64,000 nt of DNA, taken from NCBI GenBank assembly GCA_964554945.1, contig CAZKQQ010000008.1, positions 2,827 through 66,826 on the forward strand, in the 5' to 3' direction. Positions 45,784 to 55,166 of the stretch are shown here, one piece after another (the stretch's first letter is position 1; each line of letters begins with the position of its first letter). This stretch comes from an uncultured Solibacteraceae bacterium. GTDB lineage: Bacteria; Acidobacteriota; Terriglobia; Bryobacterales; Bryobacteraceae. The notes under the pieces were generated by a model that did not search any database, was not told the origin of the DNA, and saw nothing but the letters and a program-made list of their open reading frames with translations. The position numbers and the translations under genes are program-made.

Positions 45784-47166
45784 ATGGCCGGGCGGACCAC
45801 TATCGACGTCTCCAAAATCATCGAGGAGCAGAAACTCGGCCGTTTTCTCATCGGCCTGGTGTTAATCTCCTGGATCATCACCTTCTTCGATGGACTCGAT
45901 TCCAACCTGATCAGCTTCGCCTCACCCTACTTCGCAGCCGAGTTCCATCTGAGCAGAGTGCAGACCGGCAACATCTTCAGCATGGGACTGTTGGGCACGT
46001 TGATTGGCGGCTTCATCCTCGGGTACGCCGGTGACCGCATCGGCCGCCGTCCGACTGTGATCCTCGCAACCGCGGCCTTCGGCATTCTTACGATCTGCTT
46101 TTATCTGGCCAACAGCTATGAGGCGCTGTTCGCCCTGCGGCTGACCAATGGTATTCCGCTGGGCGGCATGCTTCCACTGGCTTGGGCGCTCAATATCGAA
46201 TACGCGCCGAAGCGCTACCGCGCCACCATCGTCACCGTAATCATGATGGGATATTCGCTGGGAACAGCACTGGGCGGACCAGTCGCCATCTGGCTCATCC
46301 CCAAATTCGGGTGGCGCGCAGTCTTCCTCTTCGGCGGCATCGCCGCCATTGTCAGCGCCGCGATCCTGTATGCCGTGCTGCCCGAATCGATCCGCTTCCT
46401 CGCCAGCAAGGGGCAAGAGCCCCGACGTATCGCCGCCATCATCCGCCGGTTCGCGCCGGACCGCGATATTCCGGTTAACGCCGAGTTCATCGTCGGCGAT
46501 GAGGCAGGACAGGCCCGGAATTTTAACCCCGCGCTGCTTTTCCGTGGTGAGCTGCGCTGGATCACTCCTATGATCTGGGTCGCCTATATCTTCAGCTCCA
46601 TGGCGGTATTCTTCATCGTGAACTGGACGCCGCTCGTATTCGAGGCACTCAAATTCAGTCGAACCGAAGCGGCCGCGGCCGCTTCGATGAATTCCCTCAT
46701 GGGCGCGCTCGGCGGTCTCGCGCTGATGCGCTTCACCGACAGGCGGGGCGCTATCGCGATCACCATCATGCCGGTGCTGACTGCGATTCTTCTGCTGTTC
46801 GCCGGATTTGTCGCCATTGGACACAATGCCTTCCTGGTGTTGAGCGCGCTCATCGGCGGCTTTCTGATCGGCGGCCACTTTGGCATGCACAGCATCTGTG
46901 GAATTTTTTATCCGAGTACCTATCGTGGCAATGGCGCAGGGTGGGCGACGTCGGTGGCCAAGATCGGCTCGGTGGCCGGCCCGATTCTCGGCGGCATGAT
47001 CCTGTCCACCAGCCTGCCTGTGCGCAACATCTATGCAGTTCTTGCCATATGCCCTGTGGTATTCGCGTTCTGCATTTACATTGTGGGCCGCAGGCACACG
47101 CGCATTCTCGGCCGAGAGATGTTGGCGGCGGATCCGGTGCTTATCCCTGAACAAAAACCCGCCTAG
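45784..47166 (+). CDS. MFS transporter (aromatic acid:H+ symporter-like)
   Basis: Twelve predicted TM segments. GYAGDRIGRRPT is the MFS loop 2-3 motif. Confidence 0.8.
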   Translation: MAGRTTIDVSKIIEEQKLGRFLIGLVLISWIITFFDGLDSNLISFASPYFAAEFHLSRVQTGNIFSMGLLGTLIGGFILGYAGDRIGRRPTVILATAAFGILTICFYLANSYEALFALRLTNGIPLGGMLPLAWALNIEYAPKRYRATIVTVIMMGYSLGTALGGPVAIWLIPKFGWRAVFLFGGIAAIVSAAILYAVLPESIRFLASKGQEPRRIAAIIRRFAPDRDIPVNAEFIVGDEAGQARNFNPALLFRGELRWITPMIWVAYIFSSMAVFFIVNWTPLVFEALKFSRTEAAAAASMNSLMGALGGLALMRFTDRRGAIAITIMPVLTAILLLFAGFVAIGHNAFLVLSALIGGFLIGGHFGMHSICGIFYPSTYRGNGAGWATSVAKIGSVAGPILGGMILSTSLPVRNIYAVLAICPVVFAFCIYIVGRRHTRILGREMLAADPVLIPEQKPA

Positions 47167-47228
47167 CGGCTCATTTGTTTCACGTAAGTAGCTGTTTATA
47201 CGGCATTTAGCATATCTCGGCCGGTCGC

Positions 47229-47258
47229 TCGACAGGCTGGCCCTGAATTTGCTACAAT
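47229..47258 (+). promoter_or_regulatory. sigma-70-like promoter candidate (TCGACA-N18-TACAAT)
   Basis: Read directly. About 98 nt upstream of the ATG at 47357, in an otherwise gene-free 190-nt gap. Confidence 0.4.
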
Positions 47259-47356
47259 ACAATCTGATTTTTAGTGTGGTACATTCTGATCCCCCTACTT
47301 CCTCCCTGCACCCGCCAATTCCCGCACTGTTCCTGAGGAGATAACGCTAAAACCAT

Positions 47357-47584
47357 ATGGCTTCCAACACATTCTCGCAAGGCGCCCAAGTGGAGCATCT
47401 GAAGTTCGGTCTGGGCACCGTTCTATCCAGCAGCGAAGAGCGCATTGTGATCAAATTCGACGATCATGGCGAAAAGAAATTTGTGACCAACCTGGTAATG
47501 GGCAGTTTAAAAAAGAGCGATCGGCAGCCGCCCGCCGAAAAGAAGGGTACGCGCCGCAAGAAGTCTACGCCAGTAAGCGCGTAG
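47357..47584 (+). CDS. small protein (75 aa), Tudor/SH3-like with a basic tail
   Basis: GAQVEHLKFGLGTVLSSSEERIVIKFDDHGEKKF resembles DUF3553/UvrD C-terminal-type small domains (from memory). C-terminus KKGTRRKKS. Confidence 0.55.
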   Translation: MASNTFSQGAQVEHLKFGLGTVLSSSEERIVIKFDDHGEKKFVTNLVMGSLKKSDRQPPAEKKGTRRKKSTPVSA

Positions 47585-47615
47585 CAGCAGCTCAGGATTC
47601 GAGAGGTTTTTTCGT

Positions 47616-48035
47616 TTGAACGCACGCCAAAAACGGTTATTTGAGGAGGCCCGGAAACGCAATCCGAACCTCCAGATTCCCACCGACACGCAAGCCACTG
47701 CAGACTGGACTGAAGCCGATTTGGCTTTGATCAAGCAAGGTGTCGGCGATAAGACCAGCCGTCCGCAAGGAGCCGCGGAAGCGGCCGATGCCAGCGGGGA
47801 AGCGCCCACAGGCGAACAGGCGGGGAGCGTGGTCACGTATTTCGAAGCCAAGGGCTTCGGGTTTTTGCGCCCGGACGACGGCGGCAGAGACATCTTCTTT
47901 CACGTGTCGCGGCTAGCCGAAGGCCTAGCCACGGATTTACGGCCGGGTACGCGGGTTCTTTATGAGCTCGGCATGGACCGCACAGGGAAGATGGCGGCCA
48001 GCAGCATCCGCATTGCTCCTCCTCCCCCGGCTTAA
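47616..48035 (+). CDS. cold-shock domain protein with an N-terminal extension of about 70 aa
   Basis: VVTYFEAKGFGFLRPDDGGRDIFFHVSRL is a CSD RNP1/RNP2 pattern located at the C-terminal end. The TTG start is uncertain. Confidence 0.7.
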   Translation: MNARQKRLFEEARKRNPNLQIPTDTQATADWTEADLALIKQGVGDKTSRPQGAAEAADASGEAPTGEQAGSVVTYFEAKGFGFLRPDDGGRDIFFHVSRLAEGLATDLRPGTRVLYELGMDRTGKMAASSIRIAPPPPA

Positions 48036-48102
48036 CCGGGTATAATAAGAACACCGCCGACGCGTCTCCGCAACGCTATCCGTGCGGGGGTGCACAGCTC
48101 TC

Positions 48103-49467
48103 ATGTTCGACAATCTATCGGAAAAACTGCAGCGCGTTTTTAAAAACCTGCGCGGCGAAGGCAAACTCTCAGCCGAGAACATGGAGAGCGCTCTGCGCGA
48201 AATCCGCATGGCGCTGCTCGAAGCCGACGTCAATTTCCGGGTTGTCAAACAGCTGATCGAGAACATCAAGCAGAAAGCGATGGGCGAAGAAGTGCTCACC
48301 GCGCTCTCGCCGTCGCAGCAAGTCATCAAGATCGTTCACGAAGAGCTGATTAAGATTCTGGGCAGCCACGAGGCAAAGCTGCGGTTTGCCAATGATCCAC
48401 CCAGCGTATTTCTGATCGTCGGGCTGCAGGGTTCGGGTAAGACTACTTCATCGGGCAAGCTGGCGCGCTGGCTGTCGAAGAACGGACACCGTCCTCAGTT
48501 GGTGTCGGTCGACGTATACCGCCCGGCCGCGCGCGAGCAATTGAGAATTGTCGCCCGCGATGTCGGCCAGCCCATTTACGAAGGGGCTCCCGGCGAGTCT
48601 CAGCCGCTTGACCTGGCGAAGTCGGCGCGTCGCGAATGCGTGCAGGCGGGCCGCGATGTGCTGATTGTCGACACCGCCGGACGGTTGCATATCGACGATC
48701 AGCTCATGATCGAACTGCAGCAGCTTAAAGAGCAGCTCAATCCCGTCGAGATCCTGTTCGTGGCCGACGCCATGACCGGGCAGGACGCCGTCAAATCGGC
48801 CGATGAGTTTCACAAGCGCCTCGGAATAACCGGCGTGATCCTGACCAAGATGGACGGCGATGCCCGCGGCGGCGCTGCGCTCTCGATCCGCAACGTCACG
48901 GGCCAGCCCCTCAAGTTTGTCGGTATCGGTGAAAAGCTGGACGCGCTGGAGCCCTTTCATCCCGATCGTGCGGCCAACCGCATTCTCGGCATGGGAGATA
49001 TCCTCTCCTTCATCGAGAAGGCGGAGGAGGCGATCGATAAGAAAAAAGCCGTCGAAATGCAGCGGAAGCTCATCGAAAATGAGTTCACGCTGGAAGACTT
49101 TCGCGACCAGCTTCGCCAGATCCGCAAGCTGGGCCCCCTCGGTTCTTTGCTTGATATGATGCCTAAGGTTGGCATGCTCAAAGATTTGAAAGACGTCAAG
49201 ATCGAGGAGAAAGAAATTAATCGGGTGGTTGCGATCATCGATTCGATGACGCCGCACGAGCGCGATAATCACATGATCATCAACGGCAGCCGCCGCCGGC
49301 GCATCGCCAAAGGCAGCGGCACGTCGGTGCAGGATGTGAACCAGTTATTGAAGCAGTATGCTCAGGCCAAGAAGATGATGAAAAGCTTGTCCGGCGGCCT
49401 GATGGGTAAGAAATTTGGGAAGATGAAACTGCCGGCCGGATTCCCTTTCGGCCAAATGGGTGGTTAA
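48103..49467 (+). CDS. ffh: signal recognition particle protein Ffh
   Basis: MFDNLSEKLQRVFKNLRG, GLQGSGKTTSSGKLA, DTAGRL, TKMDGDARGG and a Met-rich M domain. Confidence 0.97.
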   Translation: MFDNLSEKLQRVFKNLRGEGKLSAENMESALREIRMALLEADVNFRVVKQLIENIKQKAMGEEVLTALSPSQQVIKIVHEELIKILGSHEAKLRFANDPPSVFLIVGLQGSGKTTSSGKLARWLSKNGHRPQLVSVDVYRPAAREQLRIVARDVGQPIYEGAPGESQPLDLAKSARRECVQAGRDVLIVDTAGRLHIDDQLMIELQQLKEQLNPVEILFVADAMTGQDAVKSADEFHKRLGITGVILTKMDGDARGGAALSIRNVTGQPLKFVGIGEKLDALEPFHPDRAANRILGMGDILSFIEKAEEAIDKKKAVEMQRKLIENEFTLEDFRDQLRQIRKLGPLGSLLDMMPKVGMLKDLKDVKIEEKEINRVVAIIDSMTPHERDNHMIINGSRRRRIAKGSGTSVQDVNQLLKQYAQAKKMMKSLSGGLMGKKFGKMKLPAGFPFGQMGG

Positions 49468-49482
49468 TCGTTTGGAGATCAG

Positions 49483-49740
49483 ATGCTTATGATTCGTCTG
49501 GCGCGGTTTGGCGCCAAAAAGAAGCCGTTTTATCGCGTGGTGGTCATCGAAAAGGAGCGCGCCCGCAACGGCCGCAACCTCGAAGTGCTGGGACAATACA
49601 ATCCGGTTACGAGTCCCGCCCAAGTCAACCTGAAACACGATCGCCTGGAGTATTGGACCAACCATGGCGCCCAGATGTCGGACACCGTAAAGCGCCTGGT
49701 TCAGGCCCATCCCTCTACAAGCACACCACCGGCCGCGTAA
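49483..49740 (+). CDS. rpsP: 30S ribosomal protein S16
   Basis: [19 protein letters not shown]. Confidence 0.95.
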   Translation: MLMIRLARFGAKKKPFYRVVVIEKERARNGRNLEVLGQYNPVTSPAQVNLKHDRLEYWTNHGAQMSDTVKRLVQAHPSTSTPPAA

Positions 49741-49804
49741 GTGTAACAAAGCGGACGATTACTGCCCCGTTTGCCGCGTTAACATGGTTCTGGAGGCGGG
49801 GTGC

Positions 49805-50035
49805 ATGAAACAGCTGATCGAAGACATCGCGAAAGCCCTGGTTGATATCCCCGATGATGTTTCGGTTCGTATGGTGGAGGGCGAGCAGGTCACAGTTCTG
49901 GAACTGAAAGTGGCGCCCAGTGATTTGGGAAAAGTTATCGGCAAGCAGGGCCGCACGGCCCGTTCCATCCGCACCATCCTGGGCGCGGCCGGAATGAAGC
50001 TCAATCGCCGCTTCACGCTGGAAATTCTCGAGTGA
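49805..50035 (+). CDS. KH domain RNA-binding protein (YlqC/UPF0109-like)
   Basis: [19 protein letters not shown] contains the GxxG KH motif. Conserved position between rpsP and rimM. Confidence 0.85.
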   Translation: MKQLIEDIAKALVDIPDDVSVRMVEGEQVTVLELKVAPSDLGKVIGKQGRTARSIRTILGAAGMKLNRRFTLEILE

Positions 50036-50550
50036 CAGAGCCGGAACCCGGATGGGTGACGGTTGCGTTACTGGGAAAAACGCGCGGGAACCGCGGCGAA
50101 ATCACGGCTCTCCCACTGAGCAGCAAGCCCGAACGGTACCAGGATCTCCGTACCGTTTACCTGTTTGGCTCCGGTCAACGGCACGAGGTGGAATCAGCAT
50201 GGTTTCACGACGCCACGCTGATTCTAAAGTTTCGAGGGATCGATAGCATCTCGGATGCCGAGAAGCTGTCGGGCGCCGAGGTGCGGATTCCCGGGAGCGA
50301 ACGAACGCCCCTGGAGGCCGGGGAGTTTTTCCAAACCGATCTTGTGGGATGCGAGGTGATCGAGCGCCCGACCGGCGCGTGCCTTGGCCGTGTTACAGAC
50401 TGGCAGGACTCGGGCGGTTCCGGGCTGCTGGTGGTGGAAGGCAGTCTGTTGATTCCTTTCGCCCGCTCAATTTGCGTTGAAATCGATCCTGCCGCGCGGC
50501 GAATTGTCGTGGTATTGCCGGAAGGATTAAAGGACCTCAATCGATCGTGA
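50032..50550 (+). CDS. rimM: 16S rRNA processing protein RimM
   Basis: [33 protein letters not shown] and [21 protein letters not shown]. Conserved operon position. Confidence 0.9.
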   Translation: MTEPEPGWVTVALLGKTRGNRGEITALPLSSKPERYQDLRTVYLFGSGQRHEVESAWFHDATLILKFRGIDSISDAEKLSGAEVRIPGSERTPLEAGEFFQTDLVGCEVIERPTGACLGRVTDWQDSGGSGLLVVEGSLLIPFARSICVEIDPAARRIVVVLPEGLKDLNRS

Positions 50551-51266
50551 CCTTTCATGTGCTGACGATCTTTCCCGAGTTCTTCGAAGGACCGTTCGCG
50601 CACGGTGTGGTCAAGCGAGGCAGGGATGCGGGCTTGCTGGATATCCGCATTCACAACCTGCGCGACTGGACCTTCGACGCGCATCGTACCGTCGATGACC
50701 GCCCGTTCGGGGGCGGCGAGGGTATGGTGTTGAAGCCGGAGCCGATTTTTCTGGCTGTGGAATCTATCTGGCCGCAAAGGAACCCCGGGCGTCGCGTGGT
50801 GCTCCTGTCCGCACAAGGGCGTCCCTTCGACCAGACGATGGCCAATCGTCTGAGCCGGGAATCCGAGCTGTTGTTGATTTGCGGCCGCTACGAAGGTGTG
50901 GATGAGCGCGTCGCCGAGCATCTGGCGGATGACGAAATCTCGATCGGAAATTACGTGCTGAGCGGCGGCGAACTGGCGGCGGCGGTCGTCATCGACGCGG
51001 TAGCGCGGCTGGTTCCGGGGGTTCTGGGCAATGAAAGCTCAACCGCCTTCGAGTCATTCCAGGACACCGGCCATGGCGCCGGGCTGCTCGATTGTCCGCA
51101 TTGGACGCGGCCGGCGGTGTTTCGCGGCTGGAATGCGCCCGAAGTGCTGCTGAACGGCAACCACGAGGAAATCCGCCGGTTCCGGCGCCGGGCCGCGCTG
51201 TCTAAAACCGAGCGTCTTCGACCCGATCTGATTCAGGGCGCAAGCTACGGTAAGATAGAGGATTAA
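50547..51266 (+). CDS. trmD: tRNA (guanine37-N1)-methyltransferase TrmD
   Basis: [38 protein letters not shown] and [14 protein letters not shown]. Confidence 0.95.
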   Translation: MTFHVLTIFPEFFEGPFAHGVVKRGRDAGLLDIRIHNLRDWTFDAHRTVDDRPFGGGEGMVLKPEPIFLAVESIWPQRNPGRRVVLLSAQGRPFDQTMANRLSRESELLLICGRYEGVDERVAEHLADDEISIGNYVLSGGELAAAVVIDAVARLVPGVLGNESSTAFESFQDTGHGAGLLDCPHWTRPAVFRGWNAPEVLLNGNHEEIRRFRRRAALSKTERLRPDLIQGASYGKIED

Positions 51267-51276
51267 GGAAATTGTC

Positions 51277-51627
51277 ATGCAGAACGCCTTGTTGACCAAA
51301 TATATACAGAAGAATAAGCGCGCCGCCGACCTCCCGCAGTTTCGGCCCGGAGACACCATCAGGGTCCACGTCAAAATCAAGGAAGGCGATAAGGAACGTC
51401 TGCAGGCGTTCGAAGGCACGGTAATCGCTCGCAACAATACCGGGCTGGGAGAGAGCATCACGGTTCGGAAAGTGAGCTTCGGCCAAGGGGTAGAACGAAT
51501 TTTCCCGGTTCACGCAAAAGTCATCGATCATATCGATGTGGTCCGTACCGGCCGGGTGCGCCGCGCCAAGCTATATTACCTGCGTGATCTCAAGGGCAAG
51601 GCCGCCCGTCTCCGCGAGCGCGAATAG
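51277..51627 (+). CDS. rplS: 50S ribosomal protein L19
   Basis: [33 protein letters not shown] and [16 protein letters not shown]. Confidence 0.95.
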   Translation: MQNALLTKYIQKNKRAADLPQFRPGDTIRVHVKIKEGDKERLQAFEGTVIARNNTGLGESITVRKVSFGQGVERIFPVHAKVIDHIDVVRTGRVRRAKLYYLRDLKGKAARLRERE

Positions 51628-51643
51628 CGGCCGGAGGGTTTTC

Positions 51644-52330
51644 ATGCGACCCGAGGCGGCGGGGAGCAAATTCCGTTGCGAATCCAGCTGGGAACGCGAG
51701 TTGCAAGCCCGTGGTTTCCATGCCGTGGCTGGTGTGGATGAAGTCGGCCGCGGCGCGCTGTTCGGCCCGGTTGTAGCCGCGGCTGTCATTCTTTCGCCGG
51801 ACCGTCCGGTCCGCGGACTGAACGACAGCAAACTGCTGGAGGCCGACCGCCGCGAAGTGCTTGCAGGCCGCATCCGCGAACGCGCGGTCGCCTGGGCAAT
51901 CGGGGCGGTGGATGCCGCCACCATCGATTCCGTTAACATTTATCAAGCGTCACGAATGGCCATGCGGCTGGCCATCGGCCGTCTTCATTGCGTGCCGGAT
52001 TTTGTTCTTACCGACGCCGTCCCTCTGGAAATTCCATTTCCGCAAAGAGCCTTGATCAAGGGCGATGCCCGCTGCCATGCGATCGCCGCGGCCTCGATTG
52101 TCGCCAAAGTCTACCGCGATGCCTGCATGCGCGCCTGGGACGCGGTGTTTCCGCAATACGGGCTGGCGGAACATAAAGGCTATGCCACTCCCGAGCACCG
52201 CCGGGCGATTCGCGAGTATGGTCTAACGCCGCTGCACCGGTTGAGCTACGAGCCGGTTCGCGCGCATTCGTTATTTCCGCTGGAATTTGATTCCCAAATG
52301 CAGCTGTTTGAAACGGCGGCCGGCTCATGA
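51644..52330 (+). CDS. rnhB: ribonuclease HII
   Basis: VAGVDEVGRGALFGPVVAAAV, DSKLL and SIVAKVYRD. Start at the internal ATG 51644. Confidence 0.92.
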   Translation: MRPEAAGSKFRCESSWERELQARGFHAVAGVDEVGRGALFGPVVAAAVILSPDRPVRGLNDSKLLEADRREVLAGRIRERAVAWAIGAVDAATIDSVNIYQASRMAMRLAIGRLHCVPDFVLTDAVPLEIPFPQRALIKGDARCHAIAAASIVAKVYRDACMRAWDAVFPQYGLAEHKGYATPEHRRAIREYGLTPLHRLSYEPVRAHSLFPLEFDSQMQLFETAAGS

Positions 52331-52662
52331 TGCCGAATAAGCCCGGATCCGAAGAGGTGTCGGCGGGTTCCGCCGAGCGCGTCGCGACCCCGGTGATCGT
52401 GCAGCAGCCCGTCTATCACTGGTATCAGAAGATGTGGGCTGTGCTGCTGGTGACATTCTGTCTCGAGATCGGATTTTTCCTGGTGATTTTTCCGTGGACG
52501 TCTTACTGGGAAACGAACTACTTCTCTCAAATCGTGCCTGGTTGGCACCTGTACTGGTACAACAGCTATGTTCGGGGAGCGGTGAGCGGGCTCGGCGCGC
52601 TCGACCTGTACATTGCCTTTATCGAAGTCCTTCGCTTGCGCCGTTTTGCCAGACGGCGCTAA
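52327..52662 (+). CDS. small membrane protein of unknown function
   Basis: ATGA overlap with the rnhB stop. TM segments MWAVLLVTFCLEIGFFLVIFPW and GAVSGLGALDLYIAFIEVL. Confidence 0.6.
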   Translation: MMPNKPGSEEVSAGSAERVATPVIVQQPVYHWYQKMWAVLLVTFCLEIGFFLVIFPWTSYWETNYFSQIVPGWHLYWYNSYVRGAVSGLGALDLYIAFIEVLRLRRFARRR

Positions 52663-52956
52663 CCCGAGACGCAAAAAAAGAAGCGGCCGGTCTTGTTAGG
52701 AGGGATGTTGCACCGAGGATAAGGCACCGACCGCTTTAAAGTCGGCGTGTTCTCACGCACGCCGGACGACCGTTCACCATCCTAATCGAAAGCCAGTTCG
52801 CCGCGGAACTATCTTTTGGATATGGCTTTGCGCGAAACTCGCGTGTGCAATCCATGCTCTGTGGTTGCCTGCGTCCTGCGGATGGTTTCTCTGCGCACTA
52901 TGGAATTCTCGATGCAATGTATGCCGGACCTCTGACTGTTGCAGAGAGAGGCGCCC

Positions 52957-54585
52957 ATGCGCACATTAGTACGAAAGATGTTTGCCGGCGTGCTGGAATT
53001 CGCACTCGCCACGGCTTTTACCGGAGGAGCGAATGCCCAGATGCTCACGCTCACTCACTTCCCAAGTCCCGCCGATTTTCCAGTGTTAAGCGCGCTCGGC
53101 TACGATGCCGCCGTGATTACTTTCAATCCGAATCGGCCCACCAGCTGGCAACCCGTGCTGGACGCGGCGGCCGCCGCCGGCATCAAGCTGATTGCGGGCG
53201 GCTACCCTGCTCCCTACCAGTTGAATAACGGAAACTGGACAATCACTAGTTCGGGAATTGCGATGTTGAATCTTCTTCAATCGCGACCGGATGTGGTGAT
53301 CGCGCTTTACGTATTCAATGAGCCCTACTACACCAATCCGTATACCTCGCAAGTCAGCCCGTGTGGATATTTCTCCGCCGACGATCTACGAGCGCTCCGG
53401 AATGCCATTCAGGGAGTATGGCCGGGCGCCAAGATTTATCATGACCTGGGCAATCCCGCGGCATGGGCTCCGAGTGGAAGCTATGCCGCGATAACCCCCT
53501 GCGTGGGCAACAAATACGCCGACCAGACCGGCATAGCCGATTACGTTGGGATCTGGGAATATCCTTTCACGCCGGCGGGCGCCAATACGGCCCGGGCATT
53601 AAGCGTCTTGTCGGCCGGCGTCACCTTCGTTCTCAATTCCATGCAGCCGGCTTTGCCGATCAGTCTCAATCAGGTGTTCGCCTGCCCTGGTTGTGCACCG
53701 AACCTCGTCTTTCCATCGCGCCAGCAGATGCTCAGTTGGAACTGTGCCACACGCGCGCTGCCAGTTGCGGGAGTCGATTGGTATGCGTGGCGCGCGTTCA
53801 TACCAACCTACTCGGAAGGGCTAAGCGATCATAAGCCCTATTGGCCCTTGACTACAGCCGACGCGTGCAAACCAGGTATGGGTCCCGATCTGATTGGAGT
53901 CTCCTCGGCGAACAGTCTCCCGTTTGTCGCTCCGGATTCCATAGTCTCCGTCTATGGCGCGAATTTAGCATCGACCACAGCAATTGCCGAGTCTCCTCTT
54001 CCCACATCGCTTCAAGGCATGACCTTGCAGATCCGGGATCGGAAAGGGGCTGCGACGAATGCTCCTCTCGCTTTCGTCTCGGCAAGCCAGATTAACTTCG
54101 TGATGCCCGCGGGTCTCAGCGTGGGGCAAGCGGCGTTGAGCTGGATGGGTGCGCACGGGCCTGTGGCGCTTGGGACCGTCCTGGTTCGGAGTGTGGCGCC
54201 CGCCCTGTTTTCCGCGGATGGATCAGGCGCCGGCGCGGCGGCGGGAACGGTCGTACGCGTCGGGGGCAATAACCAGCAATCGATTACTCCCATATTTCAG
54301 TGCACAACCTTGGCCTGCAACTCTGTGCCGATCGATTTAAGCGCCGGTGGCTCAGTTTTTCTGACGTTGTACGGAACCGGCATTCGTAATTATGCCAGTG
54401 GAGTTACTTGTTCCATCAATGGTGTCAGCGTTCCGGTAGCGGCGGTGGGCCCCCAGGGTTTCTACCAGGGTTTGGACCAGGTGAACATCGGACCGGTAGC
54501 CGGGCTGGGCGGGAGCGGTGAAGTCGACCTGGTGCTGACAGTCGATGGCATTCAATCCAACGCCGTGCGTGTGAGTTTCCAATAA
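52957..54585 (+). CDS. exported protein: clan GH-A-like TIM-barrel N-terminal region plus a Solibacter-type (TIGR03437-like) C-terminal domain
   Basis: Signal MRTLVRKMFAGVLEFALATAFTGGANAQ. LYVFNEPYY is an NEP-type motif. The C-terminal SIVSVYGANLAS...SLQGMTLQIRD...ASQINFVMPAG...APALFSADGSGAGAAAG...QVNIGP pattern is recalled from Solibacter proteins. Confidence 0.7.
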   Translation: MRTLVRKMFAGVLEFALATAFTGGANAQMLTLTHFPSPADFPVLSALGYDAAVITFNPNRPTSWQPVLDAAAAAGIKLIAGGYPAPYQLNNGNWTITSSGIAMLNLLQSRPDVVIALYVFNEPYYTNPYTSQVSPCGYFSADDLRALRNAIQGVWPGAKIYHDLGNPAAWAPSGSYAAITPCVGNKYADQTGIADYVGIWEYPFTPAGANTARALSVLSAGVTFVLNSMQPALPISLNQVFACPGCAPNLVFPSRQQMLSWNCATRALPVAGVDWYAWRAFIPTYSEGLSDHKPYWPLTTADACKPGMGPDLIGVSSANSLPFVAPDSIVSVYGANLASTTAIAESPLPTSLQGMTLQIRDRKGAATNAPLAFVSASQINFVMPAGLSVGQAALSWMGAHGPVALGTVLVRSVAPALFSADGSGAGAAAGTVVRVGGNNQQSITPIFQCTTLACNSVPIDLSAGGSVFLTLYGTGIRNYASGVTCSINGVSVPVAAVGPQGFYQGLDQVNIGPVAGLGGSGEVDLVLTVDGIQSNAVRVSFQ

Positions 54586-54724
54586 ACTCCTTTGCCTCGT
54601 ATGAAGGCTCACCGAGAACGGCTTCGTGGGCCTTCCCCTAGACGAGCCAGTGTGGTACTTGGAAAGAAGGCGGCTTCTACCGAAGCGTGCCACCGAACGT
54701 GAATACTTCGGATTGGGAGATTGC

Positions 54725-54973
54725 ATGCAGATCAGGCAAGCCACAGCGGATTTATCAGTATTCACCTCAGGTCTGAAAAAGCGAATCATTCCTGCGAAAG
54801 CCATTCTGCACGATTTCCGAATCGGCCCTGGGCACGAAGGTTTGGCCCCCCACAATCCTGACGTCGTTTCGTTCCACTACGAGGGAGAAATTTACTTCAA
54901 CGTAAAGCACGAGATTGTGGAACGAACGGTTATCGTCGGCGCCGGCTCCAGTCCGATCCTCGATCTCGGCTAA
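54725..54973 (+). CDS. possible small hypothetical protein (82 aa)
   Basis: ATG preceded by GGGAG at 6 nt. Lower-GC region with no recognisable motif. Confidence 0.3.
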   Translation: MQIRQATADLSVFTSGLKKRIIPAKAILHDFRIGPGHEGLAPHNPDVVSFHYEGEIYFNVKHEIVERTVIVGAGSSPILDLG

Positions 54974-55166
54974 TCCTGCTCCACAAAAAGATACCGTACG
55001 TTCTTTTCCGGTCCCGGCGAAGCGCGTCCGTAGATCCCCCGACGGAAATGAAGCCGGGCGGCGTCTCTTCTTTATCGGTCAGATATTTATTGGATTTACT
55101 TGAGTGAACGCCTTCCTCACAATCAAAACAGGCTTTTATTCAAAATACCTCCGGAGGGACTCACCT

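Noticed and set aside
45922-47262. 446-aa ORF antisense to the MFS transporter gene
   Set aside because: Its composition is Arg/Gly/Asp/His-rich with no hydrophobic periodicity. The sense strand encodes a clean 12-TM MFS protein. This is a typical high-GC shadow ORF.
55100-55126. Imperfect inverted repeat TTGAGTGA...TCACAATCAA, 41 nt upstream of the Crp/Fnr-family gene, considered as a possible autoregulatory site
   Set aside because: The arms align only with a 2-nt indel, and the spacing fits neither the CRP (TGTGA-N6-TCACA) nor the FNR (TTGAT-N4-ATCAA) consensus.
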